Shown: piece after piece, positions 35,865 through 45,383 of the stretch
Layout of the letters: each line of letters starts with the position of its first letter
Numbering within the stretch: position 1 is the first letter of the stretch
Source of the DNA: an uncultured Candidatus Binatia bacterium
GTDB lineage: Bacteria > Desulfobacterota > Binatia > UBA9968 > JAJDTQ01
Direction of reading: 5' to 3'
DNA: 64,000 bases
Assembly (NCBI GenBank): GCA_965213675.1
Contig: OZ243916.1
Span: forward strand, 2,816,001-2,880,000
Notes under the pieces: generated by a model
Database searches by the model: none
The model's input: the letters and a program-made list of their open reading frames with translations, nothing else
What the model was told of the DNA's origin: nothing
Position numbers and translations under genes: made by a program

Positions 35865-37001
35865 ATGGCTTCACTCAAGGACAAGTACGCGATCGTGGGC
35901 GTGGGACACTCGGCCTTGGGCAAGGTGCCGGAACTGAGCGACTACGGCCTGCAGGTGACGGCGGTGAAGGCCGCCCTGGACGACGCCGGCCTCACGAAGA
36001 ACGACGTCGACGCGGTCCTCACCCACAGCCACCTGCTGGGCGCGGTGCGGGTGCACCACCAGAATCTCTCGGAGCGGCTGGGCATCGACTCCGCCTTCGG
36101 CGTTTCGCTGTCGTCGGGTGGGGCGACCTCATGCCTCATGGTGCAGGTGGCCGCGGCGGCCATTGAGGCGGGTTTCTGCAAGACCGTGCTGTGCGTGCAC
36201 GGCGACAAGGGCGCCACCCGCAAGACCGTGAGCCGGGGCGAGGGCGGCGGCGAGTTCGGTCCCGAGTACGGCCTGTTCGGCGCCGCCGGGCAGCACGCCT
36301 TCGGGCTCACCCGGCACATGCACGAATACGGCACCACCCACGACCACATGGGCGCCATCGCGGTGGCCTGCCGCAAGCACGCGCAACTGAACCCCGTGGC
36401 CGCCATGCAGGCCGACATGACCCTGGAGGATTACCACAACTCGCGCTGGATCGTGTGGCCGTTTCACCTGTTCGACTGCTGCCTACGGAGCGACGGCGCC
36501 GCCGCGGTCATCGTCACCTCCGCCGAGCGCGCCAAGGACATGAAGCAGCGCCCCGTCTATGTCACGGGCATGGGCCGCGCCAACAACTCCCGCGGCTACA
36601 TATGGGGCGACCACATGACCGAGCTGGGCGCCAAGGAGTCCGGCGCCCAAGCGTTCGCCATGGCCGGCCTCAAGCCCGCGGACATCGACACCGCGCAGAT
36701 CTACGACTGCTTCACCTACATCCTCATGGCCACGCTGGAGGACTACGGCTTCTGCAAGAAGGGCGAGGGCGGCCCGTTCGTGAGCGGCGGCCGCATCGAG
36801 CTGGGCGGCGAACTGCCCACCAACACGTCCGGCGGGATGCTGTCCGAGTGCTACATCGAGGGCATGCTCCAGATCGTCGAGGGCGTGCGCCAGTTGCGCG
36901 GCGAATGCGGCCCGCGCCAGGTCCAGGACGCCGAAACCGCCATCATCAGCGGCAACGGCGGCAACGCCGTGTGCCACTCGACGCTGATACTGCGCAATTG
37001 A
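35865..37001 (+). CDS. Thiolase family protein (SCP-x/lipid-transfer type)
   Basis: AIVGVG, LFDCCLRSDGAAAVIV, IYDCFT, PTNTSGGMLSE, EGVRQLRG. Confidence 0.9.
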   Translation: MASLKDKYAIVGVGHSALGKVPELSDYGLQVTAVKAALDDAGLTKNDVDAVLTHSHLLGAVRVHHQNLSERLGIDSAFGVSLSSGGATSCLMVQVAAAAIEAGFCKTVLCVHGDKGATRKTVSRGEGGGEFGPEYGLFGAAGQHAFGLTRHMHEYGTTHDHMGAIAVACRKHAQLNPVAAMQADMTLEDYHNSRWIVWPFHLFDCCLRSDGAAAVIVTSAERAKDMKQRPVYVTGMGRANNSRGYIWGDHMTELGAKESGAQAFAMAGLKPADIDTAQIYDCFTYILMATLEDYGFCKKGEGGPFVSGGRIELGGELPTNTSGGMLSECYIEGMLQIVEGVRQLRGECGPRQVQDAETAIISGNGGNAVCHSTLILRN

Positions 37002-37012
37002 CCGGAGAGCCG

Positions 37013-37178
37013 AGGAGCCTGCGCCGCAGGGATTCGCGAAAGCGAAAATTCGCTATCGCCGTCCCTTCGGTCGGTCGATTGAGGAGAATATCAGGTCATA
37101 TTTGACGAAATCGAGCGGCCGAAGAGACGGATGAGAGCGGATTTGCAGCCGTGAAGTCCTGCGACGCAGGCGTCCTAG
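37013..37178. mobile_element. MITE related to 26162-26328
   Basis: Ends AGGAGCCTGCGCCGCAGGGA / TCCTGCGACGCAGGCGTCCTAG; shared core TGAGGAGAATAT...ATATTTGACGAAATC; similar length. Confidence 0.7.
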
Positions 37179-37278
37179 GGACGCAGGTCGCAGGAGCGAA
37201 GCATTATCCGACAAGGCGACACGGACGAAGGAACGCCCGTTGCCGCCGGGAAATGCAGAACGATAGAGGGAGACCGCC

Positions 37279-37686
37279 GTGAGCGACTACGCCAAACCGA
37301 TTCCGACCCCGTCCGAGGACTCCCGGATCTACTGGGAAGCCACGAAAAACCACGAACTGAAGTTGCAGCAGTGCCGCGTGTGCGGCGCCTTCCGATTCCC
37401 GCCCGCCGAGGTGTGCCCCGAGTGCACCTCCGACGCGTACGACTGGAAACCCGTCTCCGGCAAGGGCCGCGTTTTCTCATTCGTCATCTACCACCGCGCC
37501 TATCAACGCGGTTTCGCGGACGAGCTACCCTACGTGGTGGCCGTCATCGAGCTTGACGAGGGACCGCGCATGCTCTCCAACGTCACCGGCTGCAAGCCCG
37601 AGGAAGTGCGCTGCGACATGCCCGTGGAGGTGGTCTACGAGGACATCACCGACGAAGTAAGCCTGCCCAAATTCCGGCCGGCGTAA
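37279..37686 (+). CDS. DUF35 Zn-ribbon/OB-fold thiolase partner
   Basis: QQCRVCG..FPP..CPEC, SGKGRVFSF, PYVVAVIELDEGPRM. Confidence 0.9.
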   Translation: MSDYAKPIPTPSEDSRIYWEATKNHELKLQQCRVCGAFRFPPAEVCPECTSDAYDWKPVSGKGRVFSFVIYHRAYQRGFADELPYVVAVIELDEGPRMLSNVTGCKPEEVRCDMPVEVVYEDITDEVSLPKFRPA

Positions 37687-37718
37687 ACCGCGAGAGATCT
37701 GCGGCGCCCCCCTCTTCC

Positions 37719-37985
37719 GTCATTCCGGCGAAACAGTCTGTGTCTAAACTCCAGAGGCACTACGTAACAGAACGTCATTCCCGCGAAAGCTTGCCCTCGA
37801 CCCCGATCGGGGGCGGGAATCCAGGGGCGGTGGTGGGGCACTGCAACGGCGTTTCCCCGCCTCGCCACCCCTGGATTCCCGCTTCCGCGGGAATGACTTC
37901 TCGGGGGTTTGGTGCAATTCTTGCCCGGTGACGTTTTGACACAGCCTGTTCCGCCGGAATGACGGAGCAGGGGCGCGGGAATGAC
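37719..37985. repeat. Nested palindromic element with extra internal insert
   Basis: Same outer and inner IRs as 9086; inner REP interrupted by TTGCCCTCGACCCCGATCGGGG, also seen inverted near 50385-50410. Confidence 0.88.
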
Positions 37986-38020
37986 CGTGATGGGGCCTGT
38001 TGCCGCAAAGGAGAACAACC

Positions 38021-39436
38021 ATGTCCTATCGCGACCTGAGGGAGTGGCTGGAGCAGGTGGACGCCATGGGCGAGTTGCGCCGGATTCCCGGCTGCGACTG
38101 GAACCTGGAGATCGGCGCCCTGGCGGAGATGGCCGGGCGCGGTCAGGACGCCTCCGCGCTGCTGTTCGACAACATCAAGGACTACCCCGAAGGCCACCGG
38201 GTGCTGGTGGGCATGGTGGAGTCGCTCAAGCGCGCGGCCCTCACCACCAACCTGCCCACGGACATCACCCGCAACGAATTCATCGCCGCCTGGAAGGAAC
38301 GCCTCAACAACCCCAAGCTGATCCCGCCGGAGTACGTGGACGAGAGCCCGCTCTACGAGAACGTGTTCACCGGCAAGGACGTGGACGTGCTCAAGCTGCC
38401 GGTGCCCAAGTGGCATGACGAGGACGGCGGTCGCTACATCGGCACCGCCCACGTGGTCATGACCCAGGACCCGGACGAGGGCTGGGTGAACATGGGCACC
38501 TACCGCACCATGGTCCACGAAAAGGACCGCCTGGCGGTCTACATCTCGCCGGGCAAGCACGGCCGCATCCACCGCCAGAAGGCCTTCGACCAGAACAAGC
38601 CCCTCAAGGTGGCCATCTCATTCGGCCAGGACCCGCTGCTGTTCCTGCTGTCCTCGCGGCAGATCCCTTGGGGTGAGCAGGAGCTGGACTACGCCGGCGG
38701 CATCAAGGGCGCGCCCATCGACGTCATCCGCGGCGAGTTCACCGGCCTGCCCATTCCCGCCCACGCCGAGATCGCCATCGAGGGCGAGATCATGCCCGAC
38801 GAGACCCGCGACGAGGGCCCCTTCGGCGAGTGGCCCGGCTATTACGCCAGCGGCTCGCGCCAGGAACCGGTGGTGCACGTCAAGAGCCTGATGTACCGAA
38901 ACAACCCCATCCTCACCGGCTCGCCGCCGTTCCGGCCGCTGCCCGGCGCCGACGGCTGCACCTCGCTGATACGGGCCGCGTTCATCTGGGATTCCATGGA
39001 AAAGGCGGGCGTCCCCGACGTCACCGGCGTCGCCTGCTACCAGAACCGCTTCTTCACCGCCGTCTCCATCCGCCAGCGCTACCCCGGCCACGCCAAGCAG
39101 GCCGCCTTGATCGCCAGCCAGAACCACACCGGCGCCTACCTCGGCCGCTACGTGGTGGTGGTGGACGACGACATCGACGTCGCCGACCTGAACGACGTCG
39201 TGTGGGCCATGTGCACCCGCTGCAACCCCGCCGACTCCATCGACATCCTGCGCCGCACCTGGAGCGGCCCCCTCGACCCCATCATCCCCCGCGACCAGAA
39301 AGGCCACAACTCCCGCGCCATCATCGACGCCTGCCGCCCCTACGAATGGATCAATGACTTCCCGCCCGTGTCGGGAGCGAGCGCGGAGCTGAAGGCGGAG
39401 GTGCTGGAGAAGTATGGGGGGTATTTGAAGGGGTGA
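38021..39436 (+). CDS. UbiD family (prFMN-dependent) decarboxylase
   Basis: DLREWL, DGGRYIGT, NMGTYR, EGPFGEWPGYY, VVVVDDDID, AIIDAC. Confidence 0.93.
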   Translation: MSYRDLREWLEQVDAMGELRRIPGCDWNLEIGALAEMAGRGQDASALLFDNIKDYPEGHRVLVGMVESLKRAALTTNLPTDITRNEFIAAWKERLNNPKLIPPEYVDESPLYENVFTGKDVDVLKLPVPKWHDEDGGRYIGTAHVVMTQDPDEGWVNMGTYRTMVHEKDRLAVYISPGKHGRIHRQKAFDQNKPLKVAISFGQDPLLFLLSSRQIPWGEQELDYAGGIKGAPIDVIRGEFTGLPIPAHAEIAIEGEIMPDETRDEGPFGEWPGYYASGSRQEPVVHVKSLMYRNNPILTGSPPFRPLPGADGCTSLIRAAFIWDSMEKAGVPDVTGVACYQNRFFTAVSIRQRYPGHAKQAALIASQNHTGAYLGRYVVVVDDDIDVADLNDVVWAMCTRCNPADSIDILRRTWSGPLDPIIPRDQKGHNSRAIIDACRPYEWINDFPPVSGASAELKAEVLEKYGGYLKG

Positions 39437-39505
39437 GGGAGGCGCAGACGTCACTTCACATTATACTTCACATAGCGTAAGCTGGGAGAGAGAAGCTCGG
39501 GCGTC

Positions 39506-40312
39506 ATGACCACGACATTGCCACCCCCCATGAGTGGCGCTTCGCCCGCCGAAGTGCCGCTTCCGCATGCCCCCTTGGAACGGGTCATCGCACAGGTCCG
39601 GTTCCCAACGATCCTGTCCATTCGCAATCCTGAAAAGGTGGCGACCTTCCAGGAGAAGATTCGGCGGACATACCCCGTCTTGAATCAGGAACAGGTCCGC
39701 CGAGTAGTATTGAATGCGGATCAGCCGGCATCGGATCCCAAGATTCAGGAAGATGTCGTGTGGCGTTTTAGCGACCGGGATCGCAAGTGGCGGATTTCGC
39801 TCGCTACGGACTTCGTTGCACTGGAAACGACAAGCTACGACAACCGTCAAGATTTCTTGACACGCCTGCGGTCAATCGTTGGTGCTGTCGAAACAACCAT
39901 GAACCCGCAAGAGGCGTTCCGTCTCGGGGTACGGTACATAGATCGGATTACGGGTCCCGCCCTGCGGGACATTTCAAAGTTTATTCGGCGGGAAGTCCTG
40001 GGTGTTTCCTTGTCTCCTATTGGTGCCGCGGCTCAAACCGTACTGACGCAAACGCAGTTCCGTGCCGAGGAAGGATCACTCCAGGCCCGCTGGGGGCTCT
40101 TACCTGCGAACGGTACCATCGATCTGGGCACTCTCGAACCCATAGACGAGCCCTCTTGGATCCTGGATCTGGACATGTCCTCGACTGAACCCCTGGACTT
40201 TTCCGCCGACATCCTAGGCAACGCGGCGGAAAAGTTTGCCGCACGCGTCTATTCAGTATTCCGCTGGATGGTGAGCGCCGACTTCTTGCGTTTCTATGGA
40301 GGGCAACCATGA
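39506..40312 (+). CDS. TIGR04255-family protein (module 1, gene A)
   Basis: LPHAPLERVIAQVRF, WRF, ALETTSY, RLGVRYID, ILDLD, FRWMV; foreign codon usage. Confidence 0.8.
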   Translation: MTTTLPPPMSGASPAEVPLPHAPLERVIAQVRFPTILSIRNPEKVATFQEKIRRTYPVLNQEQVRRVVLNADQPASDPKIQEDVVWRFSDRDRKWRISLATDFVALETTSYDNRQDFLTRLRSIVGAVETTMNPQEAFRLGVRYIDRITGPALRDISKFIRREVLGVSLSPIGAAAQTVLTQTQFRAEEGSLQARWGLLPANGTIDLGTLEPIDEPSWILDLDMSSTEPLDFSADILGNAAEKFAARVYSVFRWMVSADFLRFYGGQP

Positions 40313-40977
40313 GTCTGCCAGGGGCCGTGGCACTCAACATCGCAACTTCTGCTGGTGGCGCAATGCAGAGCCAGCCTAGGTTTGGGCGAGTCAGCGTGCG
40401 TGCGGACTTTGCCGAGCCGGCAACTATAAGCTCCTACGATTCCGTCGTGTTTTGGCCGGAAACACTTGCCAACCCCTCGCTCCCGATCCTGCTCCATGGA
40501 AAACCCGAGGCTGTACAACACGGGCGGAGTGTTGCGGAGATCCGACGCCTTTCAGGCCTGACGTGGGACGAACTGGCTGGTCTCATGCACGTCTCACGAA
40601 GAAGTCTTCACCATTGGGTTAGCGGGAAACCGGCTAGCGCTGAACACCAGACGCGACTGCAGCGGCTTCTTGGAGCGCTACGCCGTCTCGACCGGGGCGA
40701 CAGCTCACAGAATCGGGCGCTGCTCCTTGCGCCCGACGACACGGGAACGCTTTTGCTGGACTTGCTTAAAGCCGGACAATACGACGCCGCGGTGATAGCC
40801 GTTGGAGAAGCAGCGCCGTCGCGTCTTTCCCCGAGTACCGAACTGAGTGCGACGGCGCGAGCATCCCGTATCCCGCCGGCTCCAGCGGCTCTTGTCGACG
40901 CCAAACAGGATCGCCCCAGCGGTTCACATCGAGCGGTAGTCAAGAAACCGTTGAGGCACCCTAAGCCCGGCGTCTAG
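40309..40977 (+). CDS. XRE-type HTH protein, antitoxin-like (module 1, gene B)
   Basis: IRRLSGLTWDELAGLMHVSRRSLHHWVSGK; ATGA overlap with gene A. Confidence 0.75.
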   Translation: MSLPGAVALNIATSAGGAMQSQPRFGRVSVRADFAEPATISSYDSVVFWPETLANPSLPILLHGKPEAVQHGRSVAEIRRLSGLTWDELAGLMHVSRRSLHHWVSGKPASAEHQTRLQRLLGALRRLDRGDSSQNRALLLAPDDTGTLLLDLLKAGQYDAAVIAVGEAAPSRLSPSTELSATARASRIPPAPAALVDAKQDRPSGSHRAVVKKPLRHPKPGV

Positions 40978-40984
40978 CCAACCC

Positions 40985-41863
40985 ATGCCGTCCTTGCGTG
41001 CCGAAGACGTAACGCGCATCGATAGGGCGCTCCGATCTTGGCGCCAAGGGGATGTGGCCTTTGACGAGGATGTCTTCTTCCTCCATTTGGCCGACTTGCG
41101 GACACCACTCACGAATGAAGCGCAAGAGACCGCCAAGGCCCGCACTGACTCCGGCGAAGGCATGGCGGTGGAAGGCGTGGCTAGCGTAGTCTCCGGAGTC
41201 GTTCTTGTGACCCAAACGTGTGATATCGTGCGTTCGTGCGCCGAGCGACCCTATGTCGACGTGTCTCCACTGATCAAAGTTTCCGGACCTTTCCTCAACG
41301 ACGTCCGCCGGTTACGCCGCCCTGCCTTTGCACATGTGCCTGCGGTGGAAACACAAGGGCTTGTTGCTGACCTGGATCGGACCATGACCCTAGAAAAAGC
41401 GATTATTGCCGCTTGGGAACGGACACCCGGCTGGAGCACAGACGCGGAATCCCGTGCGTTCGCCGAGGCACTCTCAAGGAAACGAGCCCGGTTTGCCTTT
41501 CCAGACGACTTTGTCGCCGCCACCCAGCGCCTACAAGCCCACCTCAAGAGGCGACACAATCGTCAGAGCAGTGAGGGTGCTCACCTCCAGTCGCTTCGTG
41601 AAATTCGCGTCCGTGCAGCTCCATCTTGGGATGACCCTGCCGTGAGCCTGTTCCTATGGTTCGTGAAGGAAGCCGACCCGCCAGGGTTCGACCCCAAGTG
41701 GGACGCCTATATCGACAAGTGGAAGGACAGACTCGATGTCACAGGTCGATTCGCCGTCGATGGCGCGATCGTTTGCAGCCTGGAGGATATGACTGCGCAG
41801 GACTACGTGGAAAGCGATAGGCTAGATCTGGATCAGTTGTCCTCCCTCGACTCGCATCGGTAA
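40985..41863 (+). CDS. Hypothetical protein with putative PemK/MazF-like N-terminal domain (module 1, gene C)
   Basis: WRQGDV, VVLVTQTCDIV, V.VSPL, LVADL, RFAFPD; fold assignment by motif resemblance only. Confidence 0.6.
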   Translation: MPSLRAEDVTRIDRALRSWRQGDVAFDEDVFFLHLADLRTPLTNEAQETAKARTDSGEGMAVEGVASVVSGVVLVTQTCDIVRSCAERPYVDVSPLIKVSGPFLNDVRRLRRPAFAHVPAVETQGLVADLDRTMTLEKAIIAAWERTPGWSTDAESRAFAEALSRKRARFAFPDDFVAATQRLQAHLKRRHNRQSSEGAHLQSLREIRVRAAPSWDDPAVSLFLWFVKEADPPGFDPKWDAYIDKWKDRLDVTGRFAVDGAIVCSLEDMTAQDYVESDRLDLDQLSSLDSHR

Positions 41864-41925
41864 CGGCTTGTGCTTCTCGCCCCACATGGCCTTACAAAAT
41901 AGAATTCAACTTCTAAACTACAAGT

Positions 41926-42233
41926 GTACTCGCTCGAAGGATATTCTCCGTTCTGCGTGCCCGGCTGGAGGACTATCCTGCCGTCGCCCTCGTCGGCCCC
42001 CGACAATGCGGTAAGACAACTCTGGCCCTCTCGCTGGGCGGCCGATACTTCGACCTCGAACAGGAGACCGACCGGCTTCGTCTGGATCTTGCTTGGGAGG
42101 ACGCCACTGCTGGACACGATCTCGTCGTTTTGGACGAGGCTCAGGCTTGGCCCGCTGTTGCAGCGAGTATTTGGAACGGGGTCCGCAGGTGGTGTGCGAC
42201 TTGGAGGGGATGCTGGCGTACATTGAAGGTTAG
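41926..42233 (+). pseudogene. Internally deleted AAA_14-DUF4143 ATPase
   Basis: Unlisted frame reads AVALVGPRQCGKTT...VVLDEAQ (Walker A/B), joined out of frame to terminal EYLERGPQVVCDLEGMLAYIEG*; no start codon. Confidence 0.75.
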
Positions 42234-42622
42234 TTAGGGGCTTACGAACAAGTCATTCCCGGGGAACAGGCTATGTCAAAACGTCGCCCGAACAAGACTT
42301 CGCGCCAACCCCTCGATTCGTCATTCCCGCGGAAGCGGGAATCCATGGGTGGGGAGGCGGGGATCAGGTTGGCGGCAACCGGAAAACGTCGGTCTCGGAA
42401 TCAGCCGTCCACAACGTGCCCGTATCGATATCGAACCACCAGCCGTGCAGCGTAAGAGCGCCCTTTTCCACTCGATCCTGAATCCACGCGTAGGACCGGA
42501 GGTTTGCCAATGACCTGAGCACCGATCGCTGCTCGGCCGCAGTCGCCGTTTCCGCGTCCGTGCGCTCGCGCTCTGAGCCCTCCGCCAGCACCTCCCGGCA
42601 CGCTCCGTCCGCCAGCGCCACC
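42160..42622 (+). repeat. 463-bp direct repeat, copy 1
   Basis: Matches 46695-47157 at constant offset 4535; about a dozen mismatches, mostly in the first 120 bp. Confidence 0.95.
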
Positions 42623-43029
42623 CAAGGCCCAAGGCACTCGAACGGCGGCGGTTCCTGCCCTCGCGCCGCATCCATCGCCGCCTTGATGCCCCCGCAGTGG
42701 GAATGACCGCATACTACGACGTGGGAGACCCCGAGCGCCTTGACGCCATACTCGACGGCCGCCATCACTGCGTACGCGGTCGCGTCGCCCGGACGCCGAG
42801 GGGGCACGAGGTTGGCGACGACGCGAACCACGAAGATGTCTCCGGGACGCGCACCGAAGATCAGAGCCGGGTCTACGCGCGAGTCGCTGCAGGCGATCAC
42901 CAAGACCGCAGGCTCCTGGCCTTGCGATAGCTGCGCCATGAGAGAGCGGCCGCCGCTGTATTCGGTCCGCCGGAACATACGGGCGCCGGCCAGCAGCGCG
43001 GACAAGCTGTCTTTACGACTGTCGTTCAC
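42364..43029 (-). CDS. Beta-class carbonic anhydrase
   Basis: GQEP, IACSDSRVDP, PGDIFVVR, VCGHSHCGG, LHGWWFDI. Confidence 0.92.
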   Translation of the reverse strand: MNDSRKDSLSALLAGARMFRRTEYSGGRSLMAQLSQGQEPAVLVIACSDSRVDPALIFGARPGDIFVVRVVANLVPPRRPGDATAYAVMAAVEYGVKALGVSHVVVCGHSHCGGIKAAMDAARGQEPPPFECLGPWVALADGACREVLAEGSERERTDAETATAAEQRSVLRSLANLRSYAWIQDRVEKGALTLHGWWFDIDTGTLWTADSETDVFRLPPT

Positions 43030-43170
43030 GGTCTTGCCCCTTTACGAGTTGCCGGCCTCGTACATGCAATGAGAGGTCTTTCGCAAACCGGCGCTGTTGT
43101 GACGATGCGATACGCGTCCGAGGCAGGGTGAACCCGGGGCGGTTCAGAACTTGATGCGCTGGATCGTTTC

Positions 43171-43233
43171 TCACTCGAACAGGTCCGCATGCGTCCCTGT
43201 CCTGACAAGCGTTACGGTTTCCTCCTTACGCAT
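43171..43233 (-). pseudogene. YafQ-family toxin remnant (20 aa)
   Basis: MRKEETVTLVRTGTHADLFE*; start overlaps the antitoxin 3' end; RTGTH.DLF is the YafQ C-terminal signature. Confidence 0.75.
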
Positions 43234-43504
43234 CGTCCAGATCGTCGTCGTCCAGATCCGCCATCAGCTCTTTCACACTGTTGTAGCTCTCAAGCCCTTC
43301 CCCGGTACGGGCCTGACGGATGGCCTCGCGCGTCTCTGTATTGGGAATCCGGACGGCAAACGGCAAGCCCTTACATAGGGCGACCTGCTTGTAGAATAGC
43401 GTTATGGCCTCGGTTGCGGACAGGCCTAGCGTAGAAAACACCTTCTCCGCGTCTTGCTTCAGGTCAGGTTCCACACGGGCACGAATCATTTCAGTCTTGG
43501 CCAT
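43226..43504 (-). CDS. RelB/DinJ family antitoxin
   Basis: MAKTEMIRARVEPDLK, LGLSATEAI, GLPF, IPNTETREAI. Confidence 0.9.
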   Translation of the reverse strand: MAKTEMIRARVEPDLKQDAEKVFSTLGLSATEAITLFYKQVALCKGLPFAVRIPNTETREAIRQARTGEGLESYNSVKELMADLDDDDLDDA

Positions 43505-44073
43505 CGCAGACCTCCATGATTTCATGTGTACCACATTCGAGGAACGTCACAACGGTTGACTTCTCAAGTACACACGAGCCTCAACTGATGCCCCCCATTG
43601 ACAGAGCGCACGTCGTCGTGGAGCCATGGAAACAGACGACCTCGGATTGCGCCTTGTGGAACTCCGCGGCCGGAACCTTGAACTGGTCGAGCGACGGATC
43701 TTGAAACGGCAGTCGCAGGCCGGTATCAAGCTGGGTCAGATGCCGGTGGCCGAAAGACGCGACTATCCGCTCGACGAGGACTTGGTGTCGATGCTAGGGT
43801 TGCTTCCTCGTGCGCTCGCCCCGATGCGCAGCCAGGACAACTGCAGGCGGTTGCCACCGGTATTGGAGCCATGGGGCGCGCGGAAGCGGCGTGCTGGCTC
43901 GGCGGCGCCCTGCACCTCAAGCATCCGCAACGAGTCCTGACTGCGTTCCTGCTGACCGAGCCGCCGTCGCGCAGCAGATCGTGAACGTAGGCGCCGTGGT
44001 CGAGACGAGACATACAGGTCAGGACCCCGGTTCCACCCTGCACGGCCCGGCGTGATCGGACAGGAGGAGCGGT

Positions 44074-44766
44074 ATGCGAATTGAGCCAGAAGTCGATGGG
44101 GTAAGCATCGTCTTGGTGGGTAATTTCAACCCGGCCATTTTCACGCCAAGCTGGTTTGCATTGTACGACTTGTTGCCGAAGAGCGTTGCGGACAGCGCGG
44201 AACTGGGAATCGCTCACCCAGAGATCACGCAATTTCGCGCCGACTGGCTCACTTTTGAGGTCAGCAAGGACACGTTCAAAGCTGAAACCCTGCTGGCACC
44301 CCACATACGGGTGCGTGATCTTGTGGTTCGCGTTCTTAAGGAATACCTATATCATGCGCCCTTGAGGGCATTTGGAATCAATCGCAATGTCCATTTCCGG
44401 GTCCCGGATTTCAGCGCAAGGGACCGGATTGGCAGGACGCTGGCGCCGGTAAAGCCGTGGGGCGCTTGGGGTCAGCGCCTCGGTACAAGCGGTCATCAAG
44501 GGGGCATGATATCTCTAACCATGAGACAAGCAACCGTCGAAGGAAGGCCTGCCGATGATCAGATCAACGTGACGGTGCAACCGTCGAACCGCATCGTCGA
44601 AGCGCCTGGGGTGTATGTAGGCATCAATGATCATTACACAGCTAGTGAGGCGGATGGACCCGGAAGCGGCAGGCGGCTGATGGAGATTCTGGAACAAAAC
44701 TTCGACAACTCGGTTGCGAGCGGAGAAAAGATCATCGACCACATTATGTCATTGAGTGAGCATTAG
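44074..44766 (+). CDS. Divergent TIGR04255-like protein (module 2, gene A)
   Basis: SIVLVGNFNPAIFTPSWF, LRAFGINRNVHF, VYVGINDHY; AGGAGG RBS; relationship to gene A1 inferred from size and motif layout. Confidence 0.6.
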   Translation: MRIEPEVDGVSIVLVGNFNPAIFTPSWFALYDLLPKSVADSAELGIAHPEITQFRADWLTFEVSKDTFKAETLLAPHIRVRDLVVRVLKEYLYHAPLRAFGINRNVHFRVPDFSARDRIGRTLAPVKPWGAWGQRLGTSGHQGGMISLTMRQATVEGRPADDQINVTVQPSNRIVEAPGVYVGINDHYTASEADGPGSGRRLMEILEQNFDNSVASGEKIIDHIMSLSEH

Positions 44767-44777
44767 GAGGTTTGTTC

Positions 44778-45383
44778 ATGCTTCACGGGGGGCAAGCCGT
44801 AGCTGTGGACAGCACGGATGCGTTTGATGAAGACAGCGGACATAGGTCCGATATTTTGACGCAAGTATCGCTTCGCGTTGCATCAGCGGTGGCCGACGCT
44901 TGGTTGGCGCGGGGGAATTACATCAGCGGATCGTTCCGAACCAGCACACCGATGAAACCAGCGTCGGACGAAGACTACACCGGGCATCCGCAGACCGCCG
45001 ACGGAAACGCCCCGATCCAGGGTCTACCGCCTCGGGCGCGACGGGTGCAATCCGCCACGTTCCATGCGCTGCAGGAATGGGAAGGGTATGTTCTGGCTAT
45101 CGGCAAGCACGATCTTGAGGCACGCCTCATCGATATTACAGCGGGCGGGAAGTACGAGGGTGAGGAGGCAACTATCCCCCTCCTGGAGATATCGGCCCAT
45201 GATGCGGAAAAGCTCCGGGTCGGTGGCGTCTTCCGCTGGGTGATCGGATACGAACACACAATAGGAGGAAACAGAAGGCGAGTGTCCCAGATTGTCTTCC
45301 GAGATCTTCCTGCGGTCACGAAATCCGATCTGCGAGACTCTGAAGAATGGGCCCGCAATATGTTCCAGTCGCTCAATCCGTGA
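44778..45383 (+). CDS. Hypothetical protein, low-complexity N-terminus plus beta-rich (OB-like) C-terminal domain (module 2, gene B)
   Basis: ALQEWEGYV, LRVGGVFRWVIGY, SQIVFRDLP; AGGAGG overlapping the gene A stop. Confidence 0.7.
   Translation: MLHGGQAVAVDSTDAFDEDSGHRSDILTQVSLRVASAVADAWLARGNYISGSFRTSTPMKPASDEDYTGHPQTADGNAPIQGLPPRARRVQSATFHALQEWEGYVLAIGKHDLEARLIDITAGGKYEGEEATIPLLEISAHDAEKLRVGGVFRWVIGYEHTIGGNRRRVSQIVFRDLPAVTKSDLRDSEEWARNMFQSLNP

Noticed and set aside
43540-44050. ORF 43626-43940 as a fourth gene of module 2
   Set aside because: No recognisable motif or RBS; looks like a patchwork of gene remnants; cannot be supported.
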